From: Narcine bancroftii
Lineage: Eukaryota
Direction of reading: 5' to 3'
DNA: 64,000 nt
Assembly (NCBI RefSeq): GCF_036971445.1
Contig: NC_091479.1
Coordinates: 7,688,001 to 7,752,000 of the forward strand
Part shown: in pieces, positions 1 to 13,150 of the stretch
How the letters are laid out: every line of letters begins with the position of its first letter
Numbering within the stretch: the first letter of the stretch is position 1
Program-made: the position numbers and the translations under genes
The notes under the pieces: generated by a model
What the model was told of the DNA's origin: nothing
Databases searched by the model: none
The model's input: only the letters and a program-made list of their open reading frames with translations

Positions 1-1587
1 CGAGTTGATCGATCTCACTCCTCAGATGTATGGTAGTGAGTTGTTTGATTTCCCCCTCCCTTTCCCTCTGAGATGGTGTTATCTGTGTAATTGGAAAATC
101 GTTAAAAGGAAAGGACAGGGGCCCCAAACATTTTTAGACCATTGACCCTTCATGATCCCTCATAGACCCCCCCAGGCATGTACAAAAATAAACATAAAAA
201 TGAAGTCGACGTGCAGTTTCTGTGTGCATTAGTGAGGGAAACTGAATACCATATGCGTGGTTTCCAGGCCTCCCAGCAACAACCCAAACCCCGCCCCCCG
301 TGTTTATCGACCCACTGGCATTTTTTGGCTCCTAGGATAGTTCCATTGACCCCTTTGGAGAACCTTAGGCGAGAAGATTGCAGTTAGTTTCTTACCTGTG
401 TTAAATGGGTTTGCGTTTGAAATAGTCATAATGTACAAGTGACACAACTTATGAAGTATCATTTATTCTGGTGCAAGCAACACATTCTTCAATGTAGCTG
501 ATTTTTCATGGTTATGGAACAAAGACAAGTTAATGATGTAGATCATTGAATAGCAGAAAGGCTTGAGAAGAAAATTATTTCCGGAAGTGTATGCAACACA
601 TCCCATTAGCTAAAAGGAACTCTCATCTCCCTCATTCTGTTGTGGTGGCTATAAATTTAGAAGTTATCACCCTCGAAATGTCATGCTCTAAATAAAATTA
701 CAACATACAGATAATTAAAATCTTACAAGGCCCAACACGACACCTTTCTTTGTTTACATTTCTCTTTTGTATGTGTATCTTTCTTCTTGAGTACAGTTTC
801 GTTAGCGTTAAGTAGAATTCTAAGTACCCCACAGGGAAAAGCTCAGGGTTGTATGCAGGTTTGGCATCATGGGGGAAGGGGGTAGGTGGCATCCGCGGGC
901 CTTCCCCCACCAAATGAGTTATGCCCCCCACCAAATGAGTTATGCCCCCCACCCACCTGCAGGCCAGATTCAGCGAGTGGCAGTTTGTAGTTAAATTGTG
1001 CCCCCCACTGTGGTTACCCTAATGTACCAATTATATTCGTTCTGACACCAACTCTGGCTGTGCGATGTTTGGACTCTGATAACAACTTTGAATTTTGACA
1101 TCAGCCATGGCTTGGTTAGTGGAATTCTCCTGTGTGAAGTATAAGTCCTGCTTCAAAGACAACCAGAGTGATCTAGGCTAATGTTGCCAGTGCAATCCTA
1201 ATCATGTCGGAGGTTCCGATCTGGAGTTCGAGTTGTCAATAGTTTGGGCTAAAGGCTGCGTGGCTTTGCAAGTAAATCCACAGACACTCAGTGACTCTGA
1301 GGTGCTTTCTTTGGCTTTTCTTTCTCTGACTGTAAAAGGCAACAGGCAATTTCTGCTGATGGTGAATCTGTTTTACAACAGATTAAAGCAAATTCCATCT
1401 AATATACTGTTTTTATTACATGAAAAAGAAATCTTTCATCTTGAATATGCAGGACTTCATCACTCCTGCATTATTCTCTATGTGCCTGTCTCTTTTACAT
1501 ATAATTGTACCCAACATTTCCTCTGCAGATTCTTTTTTGTCACATTGTACCTACAAAGTGAGAAGGTTTCTTTTGCCAGCAATCTAG

Positions 1588-1593
<6 letters not shown>

Positions 1594-1618
<25 letters not shown>

Positions 1619-2543
1619 ATTTTTTTTTTTTAAATTTTTTATTTTTCACACCATAAATCACAATAGCCATGATATACACTTTTTCTTTTCCACACATTTA
1701 CAGTGACTTTTTCTCCCTCCCCCCTCCCTCCTCCCAAGCCACCCCCCCATCCCTCCCCCCTCTCATCCATTTTAGTTATACAATCTAGGTTGCATTAATT
1801 CAGTTAGACAATGTTGTCATTCAACAAAAATACACCAGAAATTCTACTGAGTCCATTTTTTTCTTCTCTTCTCCTTCCATCAACTTAGGTAATGTTTGTT
1901 CCCGGTAGGTTTTCGCTATTGTATTTAATGTAAGGCTCCCATACTTGTTCGAATATTTCGATATTATTTCTTAAACTATATGTTATTTTTTCTAATGGAA
2001 TACATTTATTCATTTCTATATACCATTGTTGTATTTTCAAATTATCTTCCAATTTCCAGGTTGACATAATACATTTTTTTGCTACAGCTAGGGCTATCTT
2101 AACAAATCTTTTTTGTGCATCCTCCAAGTCAATTCCAAATTCTTTATTTTTTATGTTACTTAGGAGAAAGATCTCTGGATTCTTTGGTATATTGTTTTCT
2201 GTTATTTTATTTAATATCTGATTGAGATCATCCCAAAATTTTTCTACTCTCTCACATGTCCAGATTGCATGAATTGTTGTTCCCCTTTCTTTTTTACATC
2301 GAAAACATCTATCAGATACTGTTGGGTCCCATTTATTTAACTTTTGCGGTGTAATGTATAGTCTGTGTAACCAATTATATTGTATCATACGCAGCCTCGT
2401 ATTTATTGTATTTCTCATCGTTCCAGAGCATAACTTCTCCCATGTTTCCTTTTTTATCTTTATATTTAAATCTTGTTCCCATTTTTGTTTAGTTTTACCA
2501 TTTGTTTCCTCATTTTCCTTTTCTTGCAGTTTAATATACATAT
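1594..2543 (-). mobile_element. 5'-truncated L1 (ORF2 C-terminus, G-rich 3'UTR, polyA)
   Basis: ORF 1885..2541 matches the last 218 aa of the full L1 ORF2 except 1 aa; polyT on + strand; 16-bp TSD AGCAATCTAGCAGGTT at 1578-1593 and 2544-2559. Confidence 0.95.
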
Positions 2544-2676
2544 AGCAATCTAGCAGGTTAACCTACAGTTGTATCAAGTGGAAGAACAAGAGCACAATTA
2601 CACTATGGAAAGGAAACTCTTTATGCCAAGTAAAAATACAATCCTGGAGAAACTCAGCAGCTTAAACAGTCCTTTA

Positions 2677-2887
2677 TGTAGCAACACACCACAGGTCAGT
2701 GCATGTTTTAGTTGAATTTTTGCGCGCACTCTTTAAGGGCCGGTGTGAGCTCCGCCCCGTGCTGGCGTGATGTCACCATGCTGCCTAGAGGCACGCACCA
2801 TGGCCTAAGCCATGAGGTGCTGTTGAACCCCCGATGGCGCCATCTACGTGGGGAGCCTGTTCGCCAGTGATCGATATGTGCCCCACA
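2677..2887 (-). mobile_element. Possible short solo LTR (Gypsy-like) inside a Penelope remnant
   Basis: Minus strand reads TGTGGGG...TGCTACA, GC-rich, ~210 bp; no matching TSD. Confidence 0.35.
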
Positions 2888-3849
2888 GCATAACCAATGC
2901 TTTGGGCTTGAGCCCTTCATCAAGGTATGAACAAAATGTAGGCAGGCATCTGAACAAAATGGTGGAGGGGAGGGTTAGAGGGAGAAGCACAGTCCCACAG
3001 GAAGGAGGTAATAGGTGGATAAAGAAAAGTACCTTAAAGTCTGTTGGTGTGTGATTTCACACATTCAAACCTTCTCCCAGCTGTTCAGCTCATTCCATGG
3101 ACCCTCTGTGTGAAAATGTTCCCCTTAGTTGTGGACTCTGCCCCTTCTAGAGAAAAAGACTGGCCATTACCTTTGACCCCTCAAAAAGATCACCCCTCAG
3201 CCTCTGCTCCTGGGGACAGTCCTTGCTGCCTCTCCTGCTAACTCGAGCCTTTCAGTTCAGGCAGCAAGGACTTTTTCCTGCAGGAGCAGAGGCTGAAGGA
3301 TGATCTTATTGAGGAGGCGTCGACAATGGTGAATCTTTTCTCTACCCTTTCCAGTGATAACTCGCAGAGCAGTTGGTTCGAGCCAGTGCCCTTGGATTGT
3401 GGCCAACCAGCTAGTTCCCAGCTGGAACACGCCTGGGAACAATCGGGTGATTGGATTCAGTGTATGAAATGAATCGGCAACTTCTGATTTATTGTCGGAG
3501 CACATTCATGACATCACATGCAACCCTGAGATTATTTTTCCTGTGGGTGAGGCTGTAAAGTGGGAAAAGTAAGGGGCCCTAAATGAGCCCCTGATGGACT
3601 TTGTGGTTGAGGAGTCTGATGGTGGAGGGGGAAGCAGCTGTTCCTGAACCTGGGGGTGTGAATCTTGTGATCTCTGTATCTCGTTCACGATGGTGGCAGT
3701 GAGAACAGAGCTTGATCGAGTCACAGAAGTGCCATTTTGAATTCATTTGAATGACTTGTTTTAAGATAGCATATGCTATCCAGGCAGATCAATCCACAGA
3801 GTAAGGCAGTGCAATAATAATAGTAGCGGGGAAGATGCAGCAGCATCTT

Positions 3850-4210
3850 AAGAAAGATCCGGAAGGGTTAAATTAGTGGGATAGAAGTGTTCATCCGCAG
3901 GGAGTGTTTCCAGATCAGTGACTCTGGGATGGGGACCCATTGAAGGGCGGAACGAACGTGCGGAGCCATCAGTTCCTCCCGCACCCCGCTGCGGTCGGAC
4001 CGCCCGGTCCTGGCGGCTGGTCGGAGCGCAGGGCGTCGATGTGGCTGCGGGCTGCGGTCCGGGTCGGCGTGGCGGCACTCGGGCGCCCGCCTCGGGGTGG
4101 CGTGCTCCCGCAGGGCTCGGGGCCGGGGAGGGCGTTCAACGACGGACAGAGCCCGGCCGAGCCGGGGGAGCAGGAGCTGGAGCTGGAGGAATTGATCAGG
4201 TCGGAAATGA
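3850..4210 (+). promoter_or_regulatory. CpG-rich promoter/first-exon region of NGRN
   Basis: Sharp rise in GC and CpG content; CCGGAAG ETS-like motif near 3859. Confidence 0.6.
4039..4199 (+). CDS. NGRN: Neugrin exon 1
   Basis: ATG 4039, Arg-rich MWLRAAVRVGVAALGRPPR... (mitochondrial-targeting-like) to ...ELEELI; donor AG|gtcgga, phase 2 matches exon 2. Confidence 0.8.
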
Positions 4211-4397
4211 GTTAACTCGGAACGGGTCGGTGATCATCCCCCTGGGTTATTTAGTGAATTATTAGACTGGGAACCAAGTTAATGATAACTGCAGCAACGG
4301 TGGTAGTAATTATTAATTAGTGGGACTAACTACTGAATAACCTCCTTCTCAGGTTTTGAAACGTTGAAAGTGATGGAGGAAGCCTGTAATACAGCCA

Positions 4398-5225
4398 CAC
4401 TGACCAGCATTTCTTTTCTCAAAGCTTTGCTTCGTGTTGCCAACCTCCAGCTGAACACAGAGATAATTTCGTATTTGCCGGATCACGTCCGAAGTTGGAG
4501 AATCATTAACTCTTATTGAATTTAGCCTGTTTAATCGCACGACCCAAAAGTGTTTTGCCGCTGATTTTCGTTTGTACTCAGCATCTGATGCCCCTCGTGT
4601 CAGTGTCCAACAATAGTCAACCAGCAGTGATGGATTCCAGTTGCCCTGATCCCACTTTTCCATGATCACAATGCCCTGGTGAAACCTTTCACCGTGTTCG
4701 TTGCTGACGGCACCGAGACCAGCAGGGAAGGAGTCCAAGTGCGAGGGCAGAAAATGAATTTTCAATGACGTGCTGCACTTCACGGTTTTGGATGGTCGAA
4801 GTCGACTTAAAGTAGGACAGGGAATCGCTAAAATAGGTCCTCTCTAGAAAACATTACTTGGTAGGAAAATTTTAAGATGATTTTCATGATCAGCAGGCCC
4901 CAAAGGGCGGCATGGTTGACCTAGCAGTTAGCGCAACACCTTTACAGCACAAGCGATCGGGATCAGACCTGGGTTCGAATCCCTCACTGTCTGTAAGGAA
5001 TTTGTATATTTTCCCCACATCTGGTGGGTTTTCTCCAGGGGCTCCGGTTTCATCCCACCGTACAAAATATACTGGGGGTTGTGGATTAATGGGGTGTAAA
5101 TTGGGCGGAACGGACTGTGGGCCGAAATGGCCTGTTACCGTGCTGTATGTCTAAATTTAAATTTTTTTTAAGTCCATATAATACACCCAAAAGTGTACAG
5201 GAAGCAATATCTTTGTTGTTTAGTG
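4398..5225 (-). mobile_element. Chapaev3-like DNA transposon deletion derivative with a nested tRNA SINE (~4904-5165)
   Basis: Degenerate CACTG...AGTG ends; transposase C-terminal peptide SLKIHFLPSHLDSFPAGLGAVSNEHGERFHQG...DYCWTL; homologous to copies at 23515 and 31104. Confidence 0.6.
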
Positions 5226-5454
5226 TTATTAACTAAATAACCAAAACAATGATGAATGACTGATTCTAATGGTTTGAAATTCAAATATTTATTTCAAGAG
5301 AAAGATGCTAGTTCTGTTTTATTGTCAAAGTTGGAAGAAGCTAGCAATACATTGAATTATTCAGCAGTTTGTTGGTTTGAGGGTCTTTTAAAATGTATTC
5401 ATTTGGGGATATGGATGCTGTTAGAATTTATTGGTTATCCCTTACTGAAGTCAT

Positions 5455-6185
5455 AGCCCTTTGCTCACTGCTGACCTGCCTAGGGAACAGGAAATATTGC
5501 AGGTCAGGCTGAACCAGCAGCATTTCACACTGCACCATTATTTGCAGGTAATTTGGCAACTTGGGATTTTAAGGGGGTCCCACCTCCAGCGGTGACGTCA
5601 TGAGCGATGTATTATATACAGAGCTCTGACCGTCGGCTGAATACACAGTGACATTTCACAGCTGTCAGAGCTTTAGATATTGTGATCTTCTTAAACAAAT
5701 ATCACAATCAGATTAATTTGTCAAATGTTTATTGTTGAAATGAGTGCACCACCCTGATCCCCTCACGCCGCTCACTCCCTCATGTCGCTCCCGTGGGTAA
5801 TGCGACAGCAGGGGCTTGTCAGAGTGAGGCTCAGGCAGCAGGGTGAGGGGCTGTCAAAGCAGGGCTCAGACAGCAGGGCAAGGGACTGTCAGGGCGTGGC
5901 CAGCCTTGGAATGAAATTTACTGTACCTGCCAGACTGATGCAAGCACGCAGGCAAGAACATCACTAACCGTTCCTGGTAGGACTGGTTGTCGTTTCACAC
6001 CACCAGTAGGTGGTTGGTGAGTTAACTCGATCGGACTTTCAACTCTGCTCTGAGCAGAATTGAGAGCCAGGTTGAAATTGACACACTCTGCCCAGTTAAT
6101 TCCCCTTACACTGCACAATTCCTGCTATTTGACCCTCCAATTTGGAGGGTTAACTCGCATGTACTCGGCGGTATGAAAAGGCCTA
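5455..6185. mobile_element. Probable PIF/Harbinger-like non-autonomous element
   Basis: Imperfect terminal inverted repeats GCCCTTTGCTCACTGC / GCGGTATGAAAAGGC. Confidence 0.35.
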
Positions 6186-6199
6186 TAGTTAAACTGACC

Positions 6200-6865
6200 C
6201 TAGACTGAAGAACACACCTCTTCCCTTCACCACCATTCAGGGCCCCAAACGGTCCTTCCGCGGTTATGATCTCCTGCATCCAGTGCTCCCTTTGTGGCCT
6301 TCTCTACATCGGAGAACTGGACACAGTCTGGGAGATTGCTTTACTGAGCACCTTTGCACTGTCCGCATCAATGACAGGGATCGTCCACTGACCAATCACT
6401 TCAACTCTGCACTCCACCCACTCCTGTGCTGTCAAACTAAAACAACCCATAAAATGGAGGAGCAACACTTGATTTTTCATCTGGCACTCTCCAAATGGAT
6501 GGCATTAACGTTAACTAGCAGACTTCTGCTAGTCTACTTCCCATTCTCCCCCGCTTCTCCATCCAGATCTCCACCCTTCCCTCTCCATTCACAATGCTAT
6601 CGCCTTCTTCTTGTTTTGCTGGTGTGTCCTCCCTCCCTTATCCACTTATTACCTCCTGCCTGTGGGATTGTGGCCCTCCCCTCTCCAACTCCCTGCCACA
6701 ATTTTATTCAGGTGCCTGTCTACATTTTGCTCATATCTTGAGGAAGGACTCATGCCCGAAAGGTTGGTTACAATCTTTACCTTTGCTACATTCAATTCAC
6801 TGTTTGACCTGTTGAGTTTCTTCAGCATTGTGCTGTTACTTCAATCACTTTCATGTTTTACTTCC
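6200..6865 (+). mobile_element. Penelope-like retroelement remnant (GIY-YIG fragment plus pLTR tail)
   Basis: Degenerate LYIGE..G..LGDCFTEHL...HFNS motif followed by TTGAGGAAGGACTCATGCCCGAAA hammerhead-like tail. Confidence 0.65.
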
Positions 6866-7200
6866 AGACTGAAGACACAGTCAATCGTCAGCTACGTTTG
6901 AGTGTCTGGAGTCAGCAAGAACTGATCATTTTCCCTGAAGCACATTAGTTGAACCAGATTGATTTTTAATGATTGTTTCATGGTGACTGCAATTGACACT
7001 GGCTTTAATCCCTTGTATCCACAAAGCAAATAGTCTGCTCTGAAGTGTCGCACAAAGGAAAAAAGAGTTTAACCAGTGGTAACCACGATATGCAAAAATA
7101 TTCTGGACGCAATAGTGAAATTTGTTTCTAATGTGTGCAAAGGATTTTTTTTAACAAGTTTATTTTTGAAGAAATTGAATATTCCTCCTTCAAGTTGCAG

Positions 7201-7311
7201 GGCAGAGAAGAAAAAACTGAAAGCCATGAAATACCGGCGAATTCTGACAGAGTTTGGGATTCGCGGAGCACCTCCAAGAACTCTAACGTCAGAAGCCCTG
7301 GAGCAAATCAG
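7201..7311 (+). CDS. NGRN: Neugrin exon 2
   Basis: ttgcag|G; AEKKKLKAMKYRRILTEFGIRGAPPRTLTSEALEQIR matches the neugrin GAPPRTLT.EA.EQIR motif; donor AG|gtaaaa. Confidence 0.92.
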
Positions 7312-7699
7312 GTAAAAGTTACAAAAGGTCTATTAAAAGTGATGGTGGCCAGTGTTTTTCATTCAGATACTTTGAATAGAAAAGGTGGCATTCTCCAGAT
7401 TTGGAGAACAGATCTTGAACAGATTTCACTGGAGCGCTTTCCCAAGGGATGCATTGCTCTGTGTGCGAATAGATTTGCTTCATGAAAAAACTCTGGGGAG
7501 ATTGGCAGCCCTGTGCTCACAATTGTAGGGTTGGGTGAGTGCTGCAGTTGTGTTTCTGTGCTTTCCTTTCTAAAGCTGGTCAATATCTTTTTGACACCTT
7601 CCACTTGGGAGTTTTAGATCGTTAGAAAGAACAGGTTTCATGATCAAACAGAAGTATTGAGGTCAATTGAGGTTTCCACCACTGATCTACCTTAGTTAA

Positions 7700-7930
7700 A
7701 AGTAAAACCACACAGAAAAGTCTGGAGGAACTCAGCTGATCTTGCAGCATCTATAGGAGGTAAATGTATATGACTGATGGGGCCAGAGCCCTTCTTCAAG
7801 GTATAAGGAAAGAACAGGAAGGCGTAATATATCTTAACCTCCTATGGATGCTGCAAGACCAGCTGAGTTCCTTCAGCATTTCTGTGTGTTTTTACTATAA
7901 TGACAGCATCTGCAGACTTTTGTGTTTCAC
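7700..7930. mobile_element. Fold-back Penelope pLTR remnant
   Basis: Arms ~7710-7771 and ~7827-7889 are imperfect reverse complements; hammerhead-like motif in the spacer. Confidence 0.6.
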
Positions 7931-8699
7931 TTCTATCTTAGTTCATGTCAGTTATTAAAAGCACTCCATCCAAGCAGACGTGCACAATGGCTATGGGACC
8001 ACGCATATTTGGACTCAGGCCATTTTCAACCTTTCATCATGTATACTCCTGACTTGGTCCATGGGCAAACTACAGTATGAACACCAGTATGAAACAGCTG
8101 GTGGTTGGGTATAAAACCAGTCCTGGAAAACAGGGACACGGAGTATTTGTGCTTGTTAGTAGTCCTTGAAAACTGGGACACCGTGTCCAAAGGGTTAAAA
8201 AGAGTACTACTGTGTTTCTTCAGCAGTTTTCACATCCATTTCATGGTGTCCCAAGACATTTCACAGCAGTCATATCACTTTGAAGAGTGGTTGACGTGCT
8301 ACACACAAGTACCTTCTCCTAACTGAAATGAGATGAGGACCAGAACTTGTACCAGTTGAATGGTGCAGAATTTCCTTGTCCTTTGGTCTAACATCCCATT
8401 GAGAGCATTTCTCAGACCTGGGAGTTTCTTCCTGGATTTTGGAATCTCTTGTTCTGGGATTTAAATCATGGTGCCACAGAAGTGAGAGAATACCCCTCTA
8501 CGTCTAAAACAAATCAGCATCTCAGGAGTTGAGATTGTGTAGAATTAGGAATTTACATAAGGATATTAGCAGTTAATGGGTTTAAAATGAGGATGGAGAC
8601 CAGAGGCTCAGTGTGTGATCTCGTACATAGGAGGTCGTGGGCCATCTGAAGGGATGCTCTCCCCGCGACCTTGTAGGTTTCTCTGGTTTACTCCCATTA

Positions 8700-8960
8700 A
8701 AGGGTGGTATGGTTAGCGTAGCAGTTCGTGCAACTCTATTACAGCACCAGAGATCAGGACCGGGGTTCGAATCCCGCGCTGTCTGAAAGGAGTTTGTACG
8801 TTCTCCCCATGTCTGAGTGGTTTCCTCTGAGGGCTTTGGCTTCTTCCCACTCTTCAAAACATACCAGGTGTTGTAGGCCAATTGGGTGTCATTAGGCAGC
8901 ACGGGCTTGTGGGCCAGAAGGGCCTTGTTACTGTGCTGTATGTGTAAACTTAAAAAATGT
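8700..8960 (+). mobile_element. tRNA-derived SINE (V-SINE/HE1-like)
   Basis: tRNA-like head with B-box GGTTCGAATCCC; shared body with copies at ~4904, 24166, 50105, 56590 and 58328. Confidence 0.7.
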
Positions 8961-10021
8961 AAATTTATATCCCAAAGCTGTGTGTCTTTAGGATGCGAGT
9001 AAAGAGCCAGAAAATGTAATCCTAATTACAACTGGGGAAATATGAGGTTTTTTCCCCCCACAAAAGGTATTAGAAATATGGGAATACACAGCTCATTCCT
9101 TCATCTGCTCCAACTCCCCTCCCACAGAGGCTGAGTTCTGTCTTGAAACTTGCAAGAGAGAATTTATATTTTTTACTGGAAAAAAAAATTGTTTCTGGCA
9201 CTGAGAGAGTGCTGCTGCCACACGACTCCATGGTTCTGAGTTGGATTCAGACCTCGGATGCTGTCAGTGTGGAGTTTACATGTTCTTTCTGTGATCACGT
9301 GGGTTTCCTCCAGGTGCTCTGGTTTCCTCCCATGTCCCAAAGACGTGTGAGTTGATGAGTTAATTGTCTGTTGTAAATTGATCCTTTAAGCAAATTAAAT
9401 GGCAAAAAGAATGAGAGGGTAGTGTGGGAGAGAGAATATATTGTCGGACGACAAGGAACTGAAGAGAGGGAAATTAGATCATGCATTTGTTCTACTTGAG
9501 CCAGCATGGACCCTGTTGGTCAAATAGTCTCCTTGTTTGTTGTAATAAGTGGAAAAAATTACTGTCTAACAAAATTTATTTCCCATCCCTGAATGCTTCT
9601 ATTTCAACCTGTAACAGTGGGTGCGTGCATGCTCCCTGCAGTGTAATCCCACCACACCCCCCCTCCCTCATTTCCCTGTAAGTCTCTCTCCCTCTCTCAT
9701 GCCTATCACCTTCCCTTTGACTTTTTTGTCGCCCACCTGAATTGGGTTAATTGACCCACATGTCTGAGGAACATGGGAGGAAACCGAGCACCCACAAGAA
9801 ACCCAGGGAGTCACAGGCAGCACCAAAGGTCGGGATTGAGCCAGGCGTCCCTGGAAGCAGCAACATTACCTGTTGGATCACCAAGCCACCAGTTTAGATT
9901 TCCACCTTCCCCTTGCTTGCCAGGGTACAGAAGTGCCAGTTGATGGACTGTTTCCTGTGTGGGCTCACTCAGTGCTGTGCTAGCTTTTATTCACCCTGGA
10001 ATGATCTGTGATGTGTTGCAG

Positions 10022-10640
10022 GTTTTTGAAGGCCACCTTTCCGGAGGAGTGGAGTGTGTGTCAGCTGGCTCAAGGGTTTTCGGTGAGTGAGGATGTCATT
10101 CGGAGAGTGCTGAAGAGTAAGTTCGTCCCTTCGCCGGAGCGGAGGATGAAGCAGGATGCGAAGGTAGCTGCAGCGACCCTGACTCTCTCTCATCGAACAA
10201 AGAAACCGGTCAAGGGTTTACCGAGCGTGTCATTCCCAGTCAAGGCACTGGACAGCTCCAAGCTGATCATGGAGAAGGCATCTCTGGCAAGACTCTCTCC
10301 AGGAAGAGCTACACTCCCTGACAGCAGAGCGAGTGAGAAGGAGGCAGGACGAACCAAGCCAATTCAGCAGAGAACTTGCACGGATCTGACTGACCAGAGT
10401 GTTCTGAAGGCCAACAGGAGCCAGAAAGCTGCTCACAAGGAGAGAGACGAGTGGAGGGACCCCTGTGACCCATCTTACTTGGAGCAGCTTCCAGCCGGCG
10501 AAATGATGGATGGAGAACTGGAGAAACTCGCTGCCAGAGCGGAAGAATATCAAATGAAGATTATTCAGAGGGGCCAAGAGTTTTACGACCAGGATGGCAG
10601 TTTTCTTTATCGGACTGTTGAACATTTAAATGATCCCTAA
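10022..10640 (+). CDS. NGRN: Neugrin exon 3 (terminal)
   Basis: gttgcag|G; FLKATFPEEWSVCQLAQGFSVSEDVIRRVLKSKF...KQD and C-terminal QRGQEFYDQDGSFLYR typical of neugrin; TAA ends 10640; joined CDS 891 nt. Confidence 0.95.
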
Positions 10641-12639
10641 CGAGAAGCCTGACTTCTGCCCGTTGAGTGGTTATGAAAGAGGGAGACTTGTGACCCCTGT
10701 AATTATCTCGCGGCTTTACAACTAGCCAAATGATTTTTCACAGAGGGTCATGGCTGTTCTGAAATGAGCAGGTCATTTGGTATTGATGTGCAGGACAGAC
10801 GCAGACCCTTTGGCCCAACTTGCCCATGCCAACCACACTATCCCACGAGCCTGCATTGGTCCATATCCGTCCAAACTTATCTGTGTATCTGCCCAGTTTT
10901 TTCTTGAACGTAAGATAACTGATTAAATGTTGATCAGTTATCTTGAGCTCGACCTTGACTGCTACCTCCAAGACAGCCTTGCTCCAATTCTGTATTTTAA
11001 CTCGTGGTCCTGCCCTGTCTCTCTCCATAACTATCTTAAACCTAATAAAATAATAGTCGCTGGTTTCCAAGGCTCATCCACAAGCACATCATCCACTTGT
11101 CCTTCCCAATTTCCCAAGATGAGATTAAGTATTGTTCTCTTCCTACTGCATATTGCCAGAGAAAATTTTCCTGAATACATTTGAAAATTCCACCACATCT
11201 AAACCTTCTCAGTTATTATTTGGAAAGCTGAAATCCCCTGCTCTGATAACTTTACCTTGTCTACAGCTGACAGCAATCTCCTGCCACATTTGCTCCTCTA
11301 ATTTCAGTTGATGATTTGGAGGCCTGTACACTCCCAGCAACGTGACCATGCCTCACTGGCTGACCATCTGTAATTTCACCTCTGACCATTGCTGTGACAT
11401 CCCTCTTAAACACAGAAACAACCTTTTCCCATCACCTTCTGTTTCTTATCAACAAGCCAGTTTTGGACCAGCCTGCCCTGTACCCCTATTGTCTGTTCTG
11501 TGGATCCTGGAGCAATTGAATTTATTATTCCTGCTTCCCTTGATTTGCACGACTGATATTCCCAGCCTTCACCATCCCTTCTGGCATCCACTGAAGTGAC
11601 TGGAGATAAACATGGATACCATTCGAAAGGGTCAATGAAAAATGTCCTTCAACGGACACCTCCGTGTTTAATAGATGGTTCCAGAGGCCACCTGAGTGAA
11701 TAGTGAGTAGGAATTTGTGATGGGCCAGGGTTTGTTGAAATCTTTTGATTCCTTTGAATTTTTTAATGTTAATATTCTCAGTGTCAGTGAAATAAACTTA
11801 AAAGCAAGCCTTGCTCTTCAATACCGTAGCATCTTTTTGAACAGATTGTGTTAGAGAGTAAAGTTGCCCCTGCACCTGCACACTCTCCCAGGCCACCTTC
11901 TACTTCTGGGGCATAGACCAGATGGTATGTCGAGGTTGCAGCCCCTGCTTGAATATTAGAAGGGGTGGCTTCTCAAATGAGCAGCATCTTACACCTAATC
12001 TTTGTGCATCCAATGAGAATGGGGTGATATAATCATGTGACCTTGTCAGTCTGCTCCTGGGGCTGACCAAGATACCATTATGGTCCCCATTGCCTGCCTG
12101 CCTTCTAGTTTATCCAGGTGTCCCTGGAGAAGGGTGTCTGCTGGCCCACTGGAGACAATCCAGGACCAGTGGCTGCCTCAGGACCTGCAGTGCACACAAG
12201 TAGGTGAGGATAGTCATGAAAAGGCTCGGCAATGGCTGTACTTTGTGAGGAGTTTGAGATTTGGTATGTCATCGAAAACTCACAGGAACTTCTACAGGTG
12301 TATTCTGGCTGGTTGTACTGGAGGTGTCAATGCACAGGACAAGAAAAAAACTCCAGAGGGTTGTTAACTTGGCCTGCAGGAACCAGACTACATTCCATCA
12401 AGGACCTCGACCAGAGGTGGTATCTTGAGAAAACAGCCTGTATCCTCAAGGACCCCCACCATCCAGACCATGCCATCTTCACACTGCTACCATCGTCAAA
12501 AAGGTACAGGAGCCTGAAGATGAGCACCCGGCGACACAGAGACCACTTCTTACCCTCTGCTAGCAGATTCCTGAATGATCAACGAACCATAGACCCTGCC
12601 TCATTCTTTTTCTTGCACTATTTTTATTTTGTAAGGTAT

Positions 12640-13150
12640 TTGGGATGTTGTAGTAAAGTTGTATAAGACGTTGGTGAGGCCACATTTGGAGTATTGTGTG
12701 CAGTTTTCGTCACCAAACTACAAGAACGATATCAATAAGATTGAAAAAGTGTGCAGAGAAGGTTTTCTACGATGTGGCAGGGAAAGGTTAAACAGGTTGA
12801 GACATTATTCCCCGAACTGTAGAAGAATAAGTGGAGATTTGATGCAGGTGTAGACAGTAAATGTAGGTCAGCTTTTTCCACTGAGGGGAGGTGAGATACA
12901 AACCAGAGGACAAATTAAGGGTGAAAGGGGAAAACTTCAAGGGGGGAATCTCTTCACACAGAGAGCGGTGGGGGTGTGGAATGAGCTGCCGGCTGAAGTG
13001 GCGAATGTGGGCTCAATTTTAACATGTCAGAATGTGGACAGGTACGTGGATGGGAGGGGTATGGAGGTTTGGGTGCAGGTCAGTGGGACAAGGCAGAGAA
13101 ATAGCTTGGCACAGATTAGAAGGGCCTGTTTCTGTGCTGTTAATGTTCTC
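12640..13150 (+). mobile_element. CR1 LINE 3' fragment
   Basis: LYKTLVRPHLEYCVQF and VGVWNELPAEV motifs. Confidence 0.8.

Noticed and set aside
904-950. 21-bp tandem duplication
   Set aside because: Simple local slippage with no further structure
4904-4990. tRNA gene
   Set aside because: Head of a multi-copy SINE; no complete cloverleaf
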